Position numbers and translations under genes: made by a program. From Candidatus Saganbacteria bacterium (lineage in GTDB: Bacteria; Margulisbacteria; WOR-1; XYC2-FULL-46-14; XYC2-FULL-37-10), in the NCBI GenBank assembly GCA_016223245.1, contig JACRPL010000006.1, positions 21,417 through 85,416 on the forward strand: a stretch of DNA of 64,000 nucleotides, given 5' to 3'. The notes under the pieces were generated by a model. The model saw nothing but the letters and a program-made list of their open reading frames with translations. It was not told the DNA's origin and did no database searches. Below are positions 36,157 to 46,825 of this stretch, piece by piece (position 1 is the first letter of the stretch; each line of letters begins with the position of its first letter).

Positions 36157-38607
36157 ATGAAAACCGCAAGACAGATTTTATATATTATCTTTATCATCGC
36201 TTTTATGGCTGCGGCTTCAAATGCAATTATTTTTTTGGACCCGCAGCAGAATATCTATCATCTCGACGGAAAGGCCTATCAAACATCAAATGACCTGGGC
36301 CAAAGTTTTACAAAATATAAAAGCCCTGTTTCAAGCGAGGCGAAATATGATCTTGTTTCCGGCCAAAATCTTTACTTGTTCGTAAACAATGATAACAAAT
36401 TGTGGGTCCGCGAAAGTTTGGACCTTGGCCAAAGCTTTTCCCCTGCAAAACTGATAATAAACGATTTTAATCCTGACAATTACTCTGTTTTAATAAATAA
36501 CGGCATTTGGCATCTATTTTCCGCGGAGAAAAAGCGATTATATTACTCATTATCTTCAAATAATGGTCAAAGCTTTTCGCGGCCTGTGCTTATGGCGGAT
36601 TTTTATGTCGATTCGTATGAGATATTTCCCCAAAAAGACAAGATAACGATTTTTGCTAATTCAGGAAAAAATATCTACAAGATCGACGCAATAAACCAGA
36701 CAATTTCAAACCCGATCGAACTTCATGTTTCGGATAACACGATCTCAAGCCTCATAGGGTTTGACCATTCCTTCCTTCCGGAAAATCCCGTTCTTATATG
36801 GGCCGAAATTTTACCAAGCGGCCAAACTGAAATAAAATACCTGCCTGAAAATAAAAAAGAACCTATTTCATTGTATCAATCATCTTATAAAATGACAGGG
36901 ACGGAAGCCAAGCAATCTTATGGGGTTTTTCTCTTGTTTTTTTCTGAATATTTGCCGGATGGGCCGGTCCCGCATCTTATCAGGTTCGACAAATATGGAG
37001 GCTTGGTCCATAGGGCAGAAAAATTATTTGAATCAAGGCCTCCCGCGGAAAAATATTTGGGCTCCTACCCTTTAGGCAATAAGCTTATTTCATTCTTTGA
37101 AAAAAACGGCGATTTGGCGGCCAGCAATATTATCAAATTTACGCCGCAGCTTAAAATCGAAATTCCGAAAGATGCCTTTGTGACAAATCAAAACACCGTC
37201 CATTTCAAGCTTAGTGTTTCAAATGGCGATCCAAGCCAGCTGATCTACGGCTTAAAAATATGCTCGGACCCAAGTTTTCGCGATGATAAGACTTTTGATA
37301 TAAATAATATTTCTTCAGAAACGGATGTTTTATTGCCTTTGCCGGATGGGAATTATGCAATCAAGGCATATGCTACAGACGGCATCTCATACGTAAAATC
37401 TTCCAATGTTTTCGGGCTAACCCTGGACCGGATCCCCCCAAAGATCAAAATATTAAACGATGCCGAAGAGCTTTTTTTAACAGGTTCTGACACGATAGAG
37501 ATTAGGGGCTTGGTTTTAAGCGGGGAAGCGCTTTTTGTTAACGGAAAAAAAGTTGATGTCGGGAAGAATGGCCAGTTTTCATCAATGATCAATCTTTTCC
37601 CAGGAAAAAACAATATTTTGGTCCTTGCAACTGACGAGGCTTCGAACGCATCTTCCGAAAGCCTCTCTATAACTTACAGCGACGATATCCCTCAATTACA
37701 TATAATTTCCCCAAGGGCCGATGATTTCTATAAAAAAGATTCGACTCTTATTATTCGGGCGCAAGTAAAGGACAAGACAAACGATATCATTGCTGGGGCT
37801 GTATCTAATGTATTTATCGACAAGGAAAAGACGGGCGAAAGTCTTGATTTTGATCCCGAAAATTCAACTGTTTCGGGTTTTTTTAGCCTTCCTCCGGAGA
37901 TTGCCGATGGCGAACATTCGATCAAATTGACGCTTGTCGATTCTGCCGGGAACTTAGGGGTCGGGATTTCAAAGTTTAAGATCGACAATACAAAACCTGC
38001 CGTCAATAAAAAATTGTTCCGCGCAAGCGGAAAAAGCGTCAATTTGAGATTTTTCGAGGACGGTTCGGGCATCGACAGCTCCGGGTCATACCTTAAGCTT
38101 TTCCGGGGAAGTTTGGAGGTTGAAGGATATACAAAATACGATAAAAGTTCCGCTGCTTTTGTCCCGACAAACCCGATGCCTGACGGCAACTATTTATTGG
38201 AATATTCTCTTCGCGACATGGTCGGGAATTTTACAAGTAAGGAAAGCGCGCAAATATTAATTTCCTCTTTTGCCGCCCAATCTGTACTAGGAAGCGCTTC
38301 CGGCGATTTATCTATCCTAAGCCTCGAGAACGGCCCAAATCCTTTCAGCCCGGGCAATAATGAGACAACAACGATCAAATATTTAATGTCAGCTTCCGCA
38401 AATCTGGAATTGTATATTTATAACATGCTTGGCGACCTGATCTATAAGAAAAATTACGGCAATATGCCGGCAAGCGGTATTTTCACTTGGGACGGCAGTG
38501 ACCAGTACGGAAAAAAGGCCCTGGGCGGTATTTTTCCGTATGTGATAGCTGCTTCCGATCCAAACGGCAAGAAATATATTAAAAGGGGAAAGATCGCGGT
38601 CTTTTAA
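36157..38607 (+). CDS. Secreted multidomain protein with BNR/Asp-box-like repeats, Ig-like domains and a T9SS-type C-terminal sorting domain.
   Basis: Signal peptide. Three S.DLGQSF-type repeats. A C-terminus GPNPFSPGNNETTTIKY...LELYIYNMLGDLIYKK...GIFTWDG...G.FPYVI matching the Por-secretion-tail / FlgD-Ig-like pattern. Confidence 0.65.
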   Translation: MKTARQILYIIFIIAFMAAASNAIIFLDPQQNIYHLDGKAYQTSNDLGQSFTKYKSPVSSEAKYDLVSGQNLYLFVNNDNKLWVRESLDLGQSFSPAKLIINDFNPDNYSVLINNGIWHLFSAEKKRLYYSLSSNNGQSFSRPVLMADFYVDSYEIFPQKDKITIFANSGKNIYKIDAINQTISNPIELHVSDNTISSLIGFDHSFLPENPVLIWAEILPSGQTEIKYLPENKKEPISLYQSSYKMTGTEAKQSYGVFLLFFSEYLPDGPVPHLIRFDKYGGLVHRAEKLFESRPPAEKYLGSYPLGNKLISFFEKNGDLAASNIIKFTPQLKIEIPKDAFVTNQNTVHFKLSVSNGDPSQLIYGLKICSDPSFRDDKTFDINNISSETDVLLPLPDGNYAIKAYATDGISYVKSSNVFGLTLDRIPPKIKILNDAEELFLTGSDTIEIRGLVLSGEALFVNGKKVDVGKNGQFSSMINLFPGKNNILVLATDEASNASSESLSITYSDDIPQLHIISPRADDFYKKDSTLIIRAQVKDKTNDIIAGAVSNVFIDKEKTGESLDFDPENSTVSGFFSLPPEIADGEHSIKLTLVDSAGNLGVGISKFKIDNTKPAVNKKLFRASGKSVNLRFFEDGSGIDSSGSYLKLFRGSLEVEGYTKYDKSSAAFVPTNPMPDGNYLLEYSLRDMVGNFTSKESAQILISSFAAQSVLGSASGDLSILSLENGPNPFSPGNNETTTIKYLMSASANLELYIYNMLGDLIYKKNYGNMPASGIFTWDGSDQYGKKALGGIFPYVIAASDPNGKKYIKRGKIAVF

Positions 38608-39938
38608 TAAGCCCCATGGGCAGTAATAACGACAGGGATCGTTTTTATTAAAATCTTAAAATCCATCCACAATGACCAGTTCTCGATGTAGTAGATATCG
38701 AGCCTTACCATATCCTCAAATGGCAAGAGCGATCGGCCTGATACTTGCCAAAGCCCTGTTATCCCGGGCTTTGTCCTCAATCTTTTTTTGTGCCATGGAG
38801 AATAATTTATAACCTCCGACGGGAGCGGCGGCCTGGGCCCCACTAGGCTCATATGGCCCAACAGCACATTGAACAATTGAGGCAATTCATCGATCGAAAG
38901 CCTCCTTATTATCACTCCGATGCGGGTTATCCTCGGGTCCTTCTTGATCTTAAAGATATGCCCCTCGACTTCGGACATGCCCTTGATCTTGTCTAACATT
39001 TCTTCGGCATTAATGACCATTGACCTGAATTTGAACATTGGGAAAAGGCAACCGTCTTGTCCTACGCGATTCTGCGAAAAAAATACCGGCCCCCTTGAAT
39101 TGATCTTGATCAGTAAGGCAACTATTATGAATAATGGCAATAATATAAAAAGCAGTACGCCGGAAACAATAATATCTACTAGCCGCTTAATGAACGCATT
39201 AAAGCCCGCCAAACCTATTTCGGAAACGGTTATTAGGGGCACTCCCCCTACTTCGTCGATATTTATCCGCGAAGCCATGATCTCAAGGATGCCTGGTACG
39301 ATCTTGAATTTTACCCGAAGGGTTTCGCAATCGGTAATCAGGTCGAGTATTTTCTTGTAAGGCATGGAGCTATCCGCAAAAATCACCTCATCGGCGGAAT
39401 TTTGCCTAATTGATTCTTTAAGCTTTGATGTATCCGTAATAAATCCGACTGGAAGCCCTCCTAAGGCCTTGACATGTTTGAGCCTTTGCGCAATCGTTTG
39501 TCCCATTTCGCCATGACCTACAATTAAGACTCGTTTGATCCCGATCCCGAATGAGTGCAATAGATTCCTTATAAAAGCGGATATTAATCTGTGTGAAAGC
39601 AGCAATAAAAATGAGAACAGCCATGCATACGCGATAAGAAGCCTTGAGAACCAAAATCCACGATATATGAACAGCATTCCGAATATGACAAATGATGCGA
39701 CGGTAACTGATAGCAGGAGCAAAGCGGCTTCGTCAATAATATCCGATGATTTTTTTTCATATAATCCGACCAGTTTGAAGATTGCAAGCCATAATATCGT
39801 GATAAAAAGAAGCGTTCCAGAAAATTTTTGGAAAACAGGCGCAAGACCGTGGGTCACAAATACCATTACATGGAACCTGACAAAATATGCCATCAGGAAC
39901 GAAACATTGATCAAAGCCGCATCAATTAAGACTTTCAT
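38604..39938 (-). CDS. Polyprenyl-phosphate glycosylphosphotransferase (WbaP/bacterial sugar transferase family), the initiating enzyme.
   Basis: N-terminal TM helices, a central CoA-binding-like domain and the C-terminal sugar-transferase signature ...RPGITGLWQVSGR. 444 aa. Confidence 0.85.
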   Translation of the reverse strand: MKVLIDAALINVSFLMAYFVRFHVMVFVTHGLAPVFQKFSGTLLFITILWLAIFKLVGLYEKKSSDIIDEAALLLLSVTVASFVIFGMLFIYRGFWFSRLLIAYAWLFSFLLLLSHRLISAFIRNLLHSFGIGIKRVLIVGHGEMGQTIAQRLKHVKALGGLPVGFITDTSKLKESIRQNSADEVIFADSSMPYKKILDLITDCETLRVKFKIVPGILEIMASRINIDEVGGVPLITVSEIGLAGFNAFIKRLVDIIVSGVLLFILLPLFIIVALLIKINSRGPVFFSQNRVGQDGCLFPMFKFRSMVINAEEMLDKIKGMSEVEGHIFKIKKDPRITRIGVIIRRLSIDELPQLFNVLLGHMSLVGPRPPLPSEVINYSPWHKKRLRTKPGITGLWQVSGRSLLPFEDMVRLDIYYIENWSLWMDFKILIKTIPVVITAHGAY

Positions 39939-42271
39939 TTTTTAATCAATGACTTGACAAAGTCAAGCTCTTCCCGAGCCCTGGCTGTCTCGCCCCTCTT
40001 CCCGTAAATCTCTGCGAGGCCTTTATGGACATCGGCATTGTTCGGATCGGTTGTCAGCATCTCTTGGAATAATTTGAATGCGGGATCCAGTTCATTGCTC
40101 TTAAGGTGGCTAAAAGCTAATTTAAGCTTCGGCTCGGATAATGTTGGATTGATCCGGTATGCTTCAGCATAAGCTTTTTTTGCATCGTCAAATTTGCCTT
40201 GTTTTTCGGCAATCGCCGCATATGTCAAATAAGCTTCAGCGTAATACGGGTCTATCTTCAATGCGATCGCCGTGTTAATAAGTGTTTTCTCGATATTATT
40301 TTGCATCAAGTGTATCCTCGATGAAATATAATAGTTATCGGCATTAAGCGGATCGACTCTCATGCCGTAGGCAAAAGCATCCAGCGCTTCCTGCAATTTC
40401 TTCTGTTGGTCTTCTTGCGACGCCGGAGATGAAAGCGCATTGTTCAAAAGAGCTATCCCGTAATGCGTAACTGTTCCGCCTTCGTACGGGAAAATATCGA
40501 TAGCGCGATTGAAATATGGGACAGCTTCAGAAAATCTTCTCATATCAAGCAGTGTTTTGCCCATTTTGAATTCCTTGTCAGCTTTAAATTGTTGAACAGA
40601 AATAAGGCATAAATAAGCAGCAATAACTACAATTATTCCAGCCGGAATCCATGGGATATCGTCAAATTGCACTATTTTCTCGTTCTCATGCGCTTGATTA
40701 GAGCTAATATTCATTATAACAGCCCAAAAGACCCAAAATAGCGAAGTAATGGCTATTACCCCAAAACTGAATTGATTTTGGATAATGTACGAAGCAAGGC
40801 TTGCAAATACAACAACAATCAATACCTTGCGGTCATCATCAACGGATTTAAGCTTCAGTAAACCGAACCTGTACAATGATAAAAGTATAAATAAATATAC
40901 AAAGAACGATATCAAGCCTTTTGTTACCGGCACATCAAAGGTTTCATTGTGGCTCCTATCCTGTTTTACATGGAAAGCCTCTTTGAACCTGAACAAATCG
41001 GTTTCATACCTTGGAAATACCATCTTTAATACTTCAGGGCCAACCCCAAAAACAGGATTGTCGGAAATTATCCCAAGCGCGCTTTTCCATGTTTCTCCGC
41101 GCGACCCGGCAGCTCCCCCAAGCTCAACCGGCGTTTCTTTTTCCTTCGTTTTTATCTCGCTTTGCTCTTCGACCCCTTTTACTTTTATCTCGCCTGCAAA
41201 CCGCGCAAATGGCGAAAAATCGGGGTTTAAAGCGGTTGCGATCGAAATTACGCTTATAGCTATCAAGACAGCGGACAAAAGCTTCCAATTATCGACCAAT
41301 CTTTTTCTTGGGGCTAAGGCCAAGATCAAGACAAGGCCTACGCCTAAGCCGATATAGCCTCCCCTGCTTTGCGTATAGAAATTGCAGATATAAACAAGGA
41401 CGATGCTTATGCCAATAAGGGCTTTCATTGCCATGTCCGGCAATTTTTCAAAAGTTTGCGCAAACATTATTCCGCAGATAGCCGTTGGAATAAAGAAAAA
41501 ATACCAAATTAAGGGATTTTGGCCGTCCTGCGTGTAAATCATTATAATAAAAATAAGAGGGACCGCAAGATAATAGATGATCGGGAGTAATATATTATCA
41601 AGCCAGGCGCTCCCCTCTCGCCTTTTCAGGTCATCGAAGATTTTCTTTTTTTTTGTCAATATAATGGGGCGTTCGCTTTGGGCCTGCGGCACAAGCAGGA
41701 AAAAAAACAGTATAAAAAAAGCCATATCCATATATGCGGATAGGAAGTTCGGCTGGCCTATTGTTGCGATTACCCTCTGCCATGTCACGACCCCCCCCCA
41801 GACATATGGATCGTTCCCCATCCTCTGGATTATACCGTAAACTGCCATCGCAGTTGCAGTAGGCGCGACGATGGCGATGAGTTGTTTTAATTTAGCAAAT
41901 CCATGAAAATAATTTGTTGCAATAAAAAACATCATTGCATAACAATACCATGTAGTTAGCCCTTCATATCGGCCGTAAAAGCCAAAAAAACTGATAATCA
42001 CATTTATCGATGTGACCGTTGCGGCTGTCACACAGAGAAGATATGTTAAGATCGGCCAATCAAGGCGCGTGCGGGAAAAAACATGGTTTCCGCGGATCAA
42101 TATCTTGATGATCCAAATTGTCGCGATAAGAAGTATAAAAAGGCGGAGCATCGCAGATTTGGTGCCTGAAAACACAATACCGATCCTCCTGTCAAAAATA
42201 ATAGGCAATAGGATCATCAAGCCTAAGAACATCCATTCTATGGCTTTATCAAAGTATTTTATTTTCATCAA
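39935..42271 (-). CDS. O-antigen ligase/polymerase-like (Wzy_C) polytopic membrane protein fused to C-terminal TPR repeats.
   Basis: More than 10 predicted TM helices across 600 aa, then TPR repeats (...AEAYLTYAAIAEKQGKFDDAKKAYAEAYRINP...). 778 aa. Confidence 0.6.
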   Translation of the reverse strand: MMKIKYFDKAIEWMFLGLMILLPIIFDRRIGIVFSGTKSAMLRLFILLIATIWIIKILIRGNHVFSRTRLDWPILTYLLCVTAATVTSINVIISFFGFYGRYEGLTTWYCYAMMFFIATNYFHGFAKLKQLIAIVAPTATAMAVYGIIQRMGNDPYVWGGVVTWQRVIATIGQPNFLSAYMDMAFFILFFFLLVPQAQSERPIILTKKKKIFDDLKRREGSAWLDNILLPIIYYLAVPLIFIIMIYTQDGQNPLIWYFFFIPTAICGIMFAQTFEKLPDMAMKALIGISIVLVYICNFYTQSRGGYIGLGVGLVLILALAPRKRLVDNWKLLSAVLIAISVISIATALNPDFSPFARFAGEIKVKGVEEQSEIKTKEKETPVELGGAAGSRGETWKSALGIISDNPVFGVGPEVLKMVFPRYETDLFRFKEAFHVKQDRSHNETFDVPVTKGLISFFVYLFILLSLYRFGLLKLKSVDDDRKVLIVVVFASLASYIIQNQFSFGVIAITSLFWVFWAVIMNISSNQAHENEKIVQFDDIPWIPAGIIVVIAAYLCLISVQQFKADKEFKMGKTLLDMRRFSEAVPYFNRAIDIFPYEGGTVTHYGIALLNNALSSPASQEDQQKKLQEALDAFAYGMRVDPLNADNYYISSRIHLMQNNIEKTLINTAIALKIDPYYAEAYLTYAAIAEKQGKFDDAKKAYAEAYRINPTLSEPKLKLAFSHLKSNELDPAFKLFQEMLTTDPNNADVHKGLAEIYGKRGETARAREELDFVKSLIKK

Positions 42272-43190
42272 AAAATCTCCTTATTTTATCTTTAAATATC
42301 TCTTTATCGAATTTTTCGGCATGAGCTCTTAAAGTTTTCTTGTCGAAATCCATTTTATCAAACTTTTCAATTGCTTTCATTAGGCTTTCTGCAGATTGTT
42401 GGCCGAAGAATATTCCTGTTATTTCATCGACCACAGTTTCTAGCGCGCCGCCTTTAGCATATGCTATCGTAGGCCTTCCTGATGCCGCAGCTTCAAGAGG
42501 CGTCATTCCAAAATCTTCCTCGCCAGTAAGGATCAGCGCGCGGCATTCGGATAAAAGCTTCTTCAACTTTTGATCGCTGACCTTTCCTAAGAACGTAATA
42601 TTGGCGCTTGCATTCCGTTTTAATTGAGCTAATGAAGGACCCTCACCTGCTATAATTAAAGGCAGGCCTAACCTTGATACCGCTTCGACCGCGAGATCTA
42701 TCCGCTTATAACCGACAAGCCTTGAAACTATAAGAAAATAGTCCCCATCAATTGCCGATACTGCATATTGTTTTGTATCGATCGGCGGGTAGATCACTAT
42801 TGAATCGCGACTATATATTTGCTTTATCCTTTGGGAAACTATTTTTGAGATCGCGATAAAATGGTCCACATTTTTACTGTTATATAGATCCCAACATTTA
42901 ATGGGCGATAAGACGAACGGCAGTATCCAATTGATAAGGCCGGGGAAATTTTCTTTTTTTATATAATCGGAGTATCGCCAAACAAATCGCATTGGGTTAT
43001 AACAATAGCAGACGTGGACGGCGCCCTTCCGTTTTCTTATCCCTTTTGCGAACGCGGAACTTGAAGATAGTACCACATCATATCCCGATAAATTAAAACT
43101 TAGGAAAGCTAACGGATAAAGCGCGAAAAAGATCCTGAAGTTCTTAAAAATGAAGGGGATCCTTTGCATAAAGGATGTCCTAATAGCCAT
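42249..43190 (-). CDS. Glycosyltransferase, GT-B fold (GT4/group 1).
   Basis: C-terminal ...EDFGMTPLEAAASGRPTIAYAKGGALETV... E-x7-E donor-binding motif. Confidence 0.75.
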   Translation of the reverse strand: MAIRTSFMQRIPFIFKNFRIFFALYPLAFLSFNLSGYDVVLSSSSAFAKGIRKRKGAVHVCYCYNPMRFVWRYSDYIKKENFPGLINWILPFVLSPIKCWDLYNSKNVDHFIAISKIVSQRIKQIYSRDSIVIYPPIDTKQYAVSAIDGDYFLIVSRLVGYKRIDLAVEAVSRLGLPLIIAGEGPSLAQLKRNASANITFLGKVSDQKLKKLLSECRALILTGEEDFGMTPLEAAASGRPTIAYAKGGALETVVDEITGIFFGQQSAESLMKAIEKFDKMDFDKKTLRAHAEKFDKEIFKDKIRRFFDENKIL

Positions 43191-43324
43191 CTTTTTGAAG
43201 CTTTCGGGGAAATTGAATGGATTAAAGATCGAAGTATATATCGGGGCTTCAGGGAAAATTTTATGGAAAGCTTCTACGCATCTTTCGGCTCCGCCAAATT
43301 GGTGGAGGTAATCGTGGACAATGG

Positions 43325-44302
43325 CTATTTTAATTTTTTTAAACGATTGAGATCGGCTTCGACCATTAATTCAACCAATTCATGGAATTTGATCTTTGGT
43401 TCCCAGGATAATTTTCTCCGAGCGAAGCTGTAGTCCCCGCATAAAATGTTCACTTCCGCCGGCCTGTACAATAGATCGTCCACAACAACATATTTCTTGT
43501 AATCCAGGCCGGCTATTGAAAATGCCAATTGGGCAAACTCTAGGATTGAGTGGGTTTCGTTCGTAGCGATGACAAAATCATCCGGTTTGTCCTGGCTTAA
43601 TATTTTCCACATCGCTTCGACATAATCGCCCGCAAAGCCCCAGTCCCTTTTTGCTTCAAGGTTTCCTAGCCGCAATTCTTTTTCAAGCCCAAGCTTTATC
43701 CTTGCAGCGGCATTAGTTATTTTTCTTGTGACGAATTCAAATCCCCTTCTTGGCGATTCATGGTTAAACAAAATTCCGCTGCAGGCAAAAAGGCCGTAAG
43801 CTTCCCTATAATTTCTTGTCAGGTCAAAGCCCGCTACCTTGGATATGCCGTAGGGCGATCTTGGGTGGAAAGGCGTATTTTCATTTTGAGGCGTTTCCGC
43901 GGCGGCGCCAAACATTTCAGATGATCCCGCGAAGTAAAACTTACACTTGGGCGCACGCTCTTTTATAGCGGACAACATATAATGGGTGCCGTTCAAATTG
44001 GTGTTGATCGTAGAAAATTCATCCTCGAACGAGTAGCTGACAAAACTCTGGGCGGCAAGATGATAGCACTCGTCGGGCATAACTTTTTCTATCACCTTAA
44101 AAAGGCTGGCATAATTTTCCAGGGATGCGGGATGAAGGATGAGTTTGCCGTAAAAATCCCTTAATCGCCACATCCTGTGTTCAATATCCTCCAGGGCAAC
44201 GCGCCTAATTATCCCATGCACTTCATACCCTTTCTTTAGAAGGAATTCCGACAAATATGATCCGTCTTGCCCAGTGATCCCTGTAATTAACGCTTTTTTC
44301 AT
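43325..44302 (-). CDS. gmd: GDP-mannose 4,6-dehydratase.
   Basis: MKKALITGITGQDGSYLSEFLLKKGYEVHGIIRR and a YGISK catalytic motif. The start was set at the internal Met, giving an ATGA overlap with the upstream gene. Confidence 0.92.
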   Translation of the reverse strand: MKKALITGITGQDGSYLSEFLLKKGYEVHGIIRRVALEDIEHRMWRLRDFYGKLILHPASLENYASLFKVIEKVMPDECYHLAAQSFVSYSFEDEFSTINTNLNGTHYMLSAIKERAPKCKFYFAGSSEMFGAAAETPQNENTPFHPRSPYGISKVAGFDLTRNYREAYGLFACSGILFNHESPRRGFEFVTRKITNAAARIKLGLEKELRLGNLEAKRDWGFAGDYVEAMWKILSQDKPDDFVIATNETHSILEFAQLAFSIAGLDYKKYVVVDDLLYRPAEVNILCGDYSFARRKLSWEPKIKFHELVELMVEADLNRLKKLK

Positions 44303-45171
44303 GGTTTGATATGCTCCTTTTCGATCAAGTAAGCTTTGAGCCCTTCTTTCCAATCCGGCATGTCGTCAATCCCCAGTTCTTTAAGCTTCAGATGCGCCAA
44401 CACTGAATTCTTTGGTCTTCTGGCTTTTGTTTTATATTTGTTTGCGTTTGTCTTTTGCACAATTATGTTCATTTTCAGAAATTTAAATATCTGGTCGGCA
44501 TATTCCCACCAAGAACAAGAACCGGCATTCGTAATATGATACAGGCCAAAATGGTGAGTTTTAATTATTTGGTATATCTTTTTCGCTAAATCGCGAGTAT
44601 ATGTTGGGGTCAAAACTTCATCGGTCACAACTTTAATCTCTTGGGCGTTTTTTGCGCGTTTTATCATATTCTCGACAAAATTTCCTCCGCCTTTACCCAA
44701 ACATCCTGCCGCGCCATAAAGACCGGAAGTTCTGACAATGAAATGTTTTTCCCATAAATATTTAATAAATTGTTCACCAGCTAGTTTTGATATGCCGTAC
44801 GCGGATCTTGGGGTTGGGACAGTATCTTCGGTATATGGAGATGTTTTATCGCCATCAAATACATAATCAGTTGAAATATGGACAAGTTTTGCATTGATGT
44901 CGCGGCATGCGATCGCAAGGTTCTTGGCCCCATGAGCGTTCACTTTATAGGCTTCAACATCATTTTCTTCGCAAGCGTCAACCCTATGATATGCGGCTGT
45001 ATTTATTACAATATCAGGTTTTGATCCGCTCAATACCGATTTGCAGAGAGATTCATTTGTTATATCAATATCATTTAAGGTCAACGGTGCTTGCGACGAT
45101 TTGTCTATGATCTTACATAAATCAGTCCCTAATTGTCCATCTGCACCAATTATAGCGATCTTCACGATCAA
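44299..45171 (-). CDS. RmlD-family NAD(P)-dependent sugar-nucleotide 4-ketoreductase, likely GDP-4-keto-6-deoxymannose reductase.
   Basis: IGADGQLG Rossmann motif, YGISK active-site motif, 290 aa (RmlD size class). Coupled to gmd. Confidence 0.75.
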   Translation of the reverse strand: MIVKIAIIGADGQLGTDLCKIIDKSSQAPLTLNDIDITNESLCKSVLSGSKPDIVINTAAYHRVDACEENDVEAYKVNAHGAKNLAIACRDINAKLVHISTDYVFDGDKTSPYTEDTVPTPRSAYGISKLAGEQFIKYLWEKHFIVRTSGLYGAAGCLGKGGGNFVENMIKRAKNAQEIKVVTDEVLTPTYTRDLAKKIYQIIKTHHFGLYHITNAGSCSWWEYADQIFKFLKMNIIVQKTNANKYKTKARRPKNSVLAHLKLKELGIDDMPDWKEGLKAYLIEKEHIKP

Positions 45172-46196
45172 AATACCTTTCCGATGACTTTGAGCTTTGA
45201 TTCCATCTCGACTAGAAGCCTCATCCAGTCGATGTTATAATAGATCAGGTTTTCAAAATCAATATATTTGCCTGATCTCAATAAGCTGAATATTTCCAAG
45301 ACCGCTTCTTCAATAGAATGTTTTGCTTCAAAGCCAAGCACATCCCTTATCTTTTCGCTGTTCAACCTATAGCTTCGCGATTCCTTCGAGCCAAAAAGCA
45401 CCTCGATATCGACTTTTGTAAACTTCTTCAATATTTCAGCTACCCAATGCCCAAGTTCCAATATCCTATAGTTTTTGTGGTTGAGATTGAATATTTGGCC
45501 GGAAACTTTACCGCTTGGAGCTTTGATTCCCTCAATATGCGCCAATGCGATGTCTTTAACATGTATAAGAGGCCGCCAATTGTCCCCCGCACAATAAACA
45601 AATATCTTGTTTTTAGCAAAAGCATCCTTTGTCATTGTGTTGACAACAAGATCCCATCGCATTCTTGGAGAGAAACCAAAAACCGTTGCTTGCCTGAATA
45701 TGACAGGATGGAAGTTGTCCGAAACAAGGGATCGCAATCCATTTTCGGCGTCTAATTTCGATTGGGCATACTCCGATTGAGGATTCGGCGCATAAGTTTC
45801 ATCCGCGATCGTGTCAACATGGAATCCGATTATAGCGGCCGAACTTGCAAAAGTAAAACGATCAACGCCTTTTTTCTTGCATGCTTCCGCAACTCTCATT
45901 GTGCCCTCAAAATTTATTTCATGGTTAGCTTTAGGGTCGAATTCAGCGGTTGGATCGTTGCTTAATGAGCCAAGATGGGCAACAGCCTTGACATTGCTCA
46001 AGGCGTCTTCTGGAAACTGCCTGACATCGCCTTGTACTATTTCGATCTTATCCTTAACATCTTCCAAAGATCGGTCGCCAAAATACATCTTATCGAATAC
46101 TCTGACTTTTTCGCCTTTGTTTAGCAGTTCCCTAACGAGGACTGCTCCGATATATCCAGCCCCGCCGGTAATTAAAACTATATTTTTTGACATCAA
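45168..46196 (-). CDS. NAD-dependent epimerase/dehydratase (extended SDR).
   Basis: LITGGAGYIGAVLVREL and a YAQSK catalytic motif. 342 aa. Confidence 0.75.
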   Translation of the reverse strand: MMSKNIVLITGGAGYIGAVLVRELLNKGEKVRVFDKMYFGDRSLEDVKDKIEIVQGDVRQFPEDALSNVKAVAHLGSLSNDPTAEFDPKANHEINFEGTMRVAEACKKKGVDRFTFASSAAIIGFHVDTIADETYAPNPQSEYAQSKLDAENGLRSLVSDNFHPVIFRQATVFGFSPRMRWDLVVNTMTKDAFAKNKIFVYCAGDNWRPLIHVKDIALAHIEGIKAPSGKVSGQIFNLNHKNYRILELGHWVAEILKKFTKVDIEVLFGSKESRSYRLNSEKIRDVLGFEAKHSIEEAVLEIFSLLRSGKYIDFENLIYYNIDWMRLLVEMESKLKVIGKVF

Positions 46197-46220
46197 ATGA
46201 CCTCTTATACCAATTTTATC

Positions 46221-46814
46221 TTAAAACAACTTGCCTTTCAACATATAGCCGATCAGTGAAACATACTCCCAAACAACATACTGTGTATCTTCATGCCTGG
46301 TCCACCATTTATTCGGGTTGAATTCGCTTTTTTCTACAGGTGAAGCCATGACTTTTATGCCTTCTTTCTTGAAGAACTTCCGTGCGACTAGCCGAGACCT
46401 TCTAATATGGGTTGGAGATGTAACTAATATCACTTTTTTTGCGTCAATTTTCTTTAATATGAGCAGTGAAAACTTGATATCTTCAAACGTTGATCTTGAT
46501 CTGTCTTGCAATAAGACATCTTTTGCTGGGACGCCAAGGGATGTTGCCTGGTTCCTCATGTTTTCGGCATAAGTCAAATGCCATATTGCCGGCCCCCCGC
46601 TCATTAGGATCTTTGGCGCAAATCCTTTTTTATACAGATCAACGCCGTGAGCCGCCCTTTCACCGTTGCTGTCGCCCGCAAGCACAAGGATCACGTCGGA
46701 TTTTTCAAGTTTATCTCGGACATAAAGGAATTTTGCCATTCCGTTTAGAATGACAGGATGGAAAACAATTGCCGCAGTCATTAATATAAGGAAAACGATC
46801 AAACTTTTTTTCAT
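46221..46814 (-). CDS. DUF218 (SanA/YdcF/ElyC) family envelope protein.
   Basis: Signal/TM N-terminus and a DUF218-like core (...ILVLAGDSNGERAAHGVDLYKKGFAPKILMSGG...). Confidence 0.6.
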   Translation of the reverse strand: MKKSLIVFLILMTAAIVFHPVILNGMAKFLYVRDKLEKSDVILVLAGDSNGERAAHGVDLYKKGFAPKILMSGGPAIWHLTYAENMRNQATSLGVPAKDVLLQDRSRSTFEDIKFSLLILKKIDAKKVILVTSPTHIRRSRLVARKFFKKEGIKVMASPVEKSEFNPNKWWTRHEDTQYVVWEYVSLIGYMLKGKLF

Positions 46815-46825
46815 TTTAACCTCTT

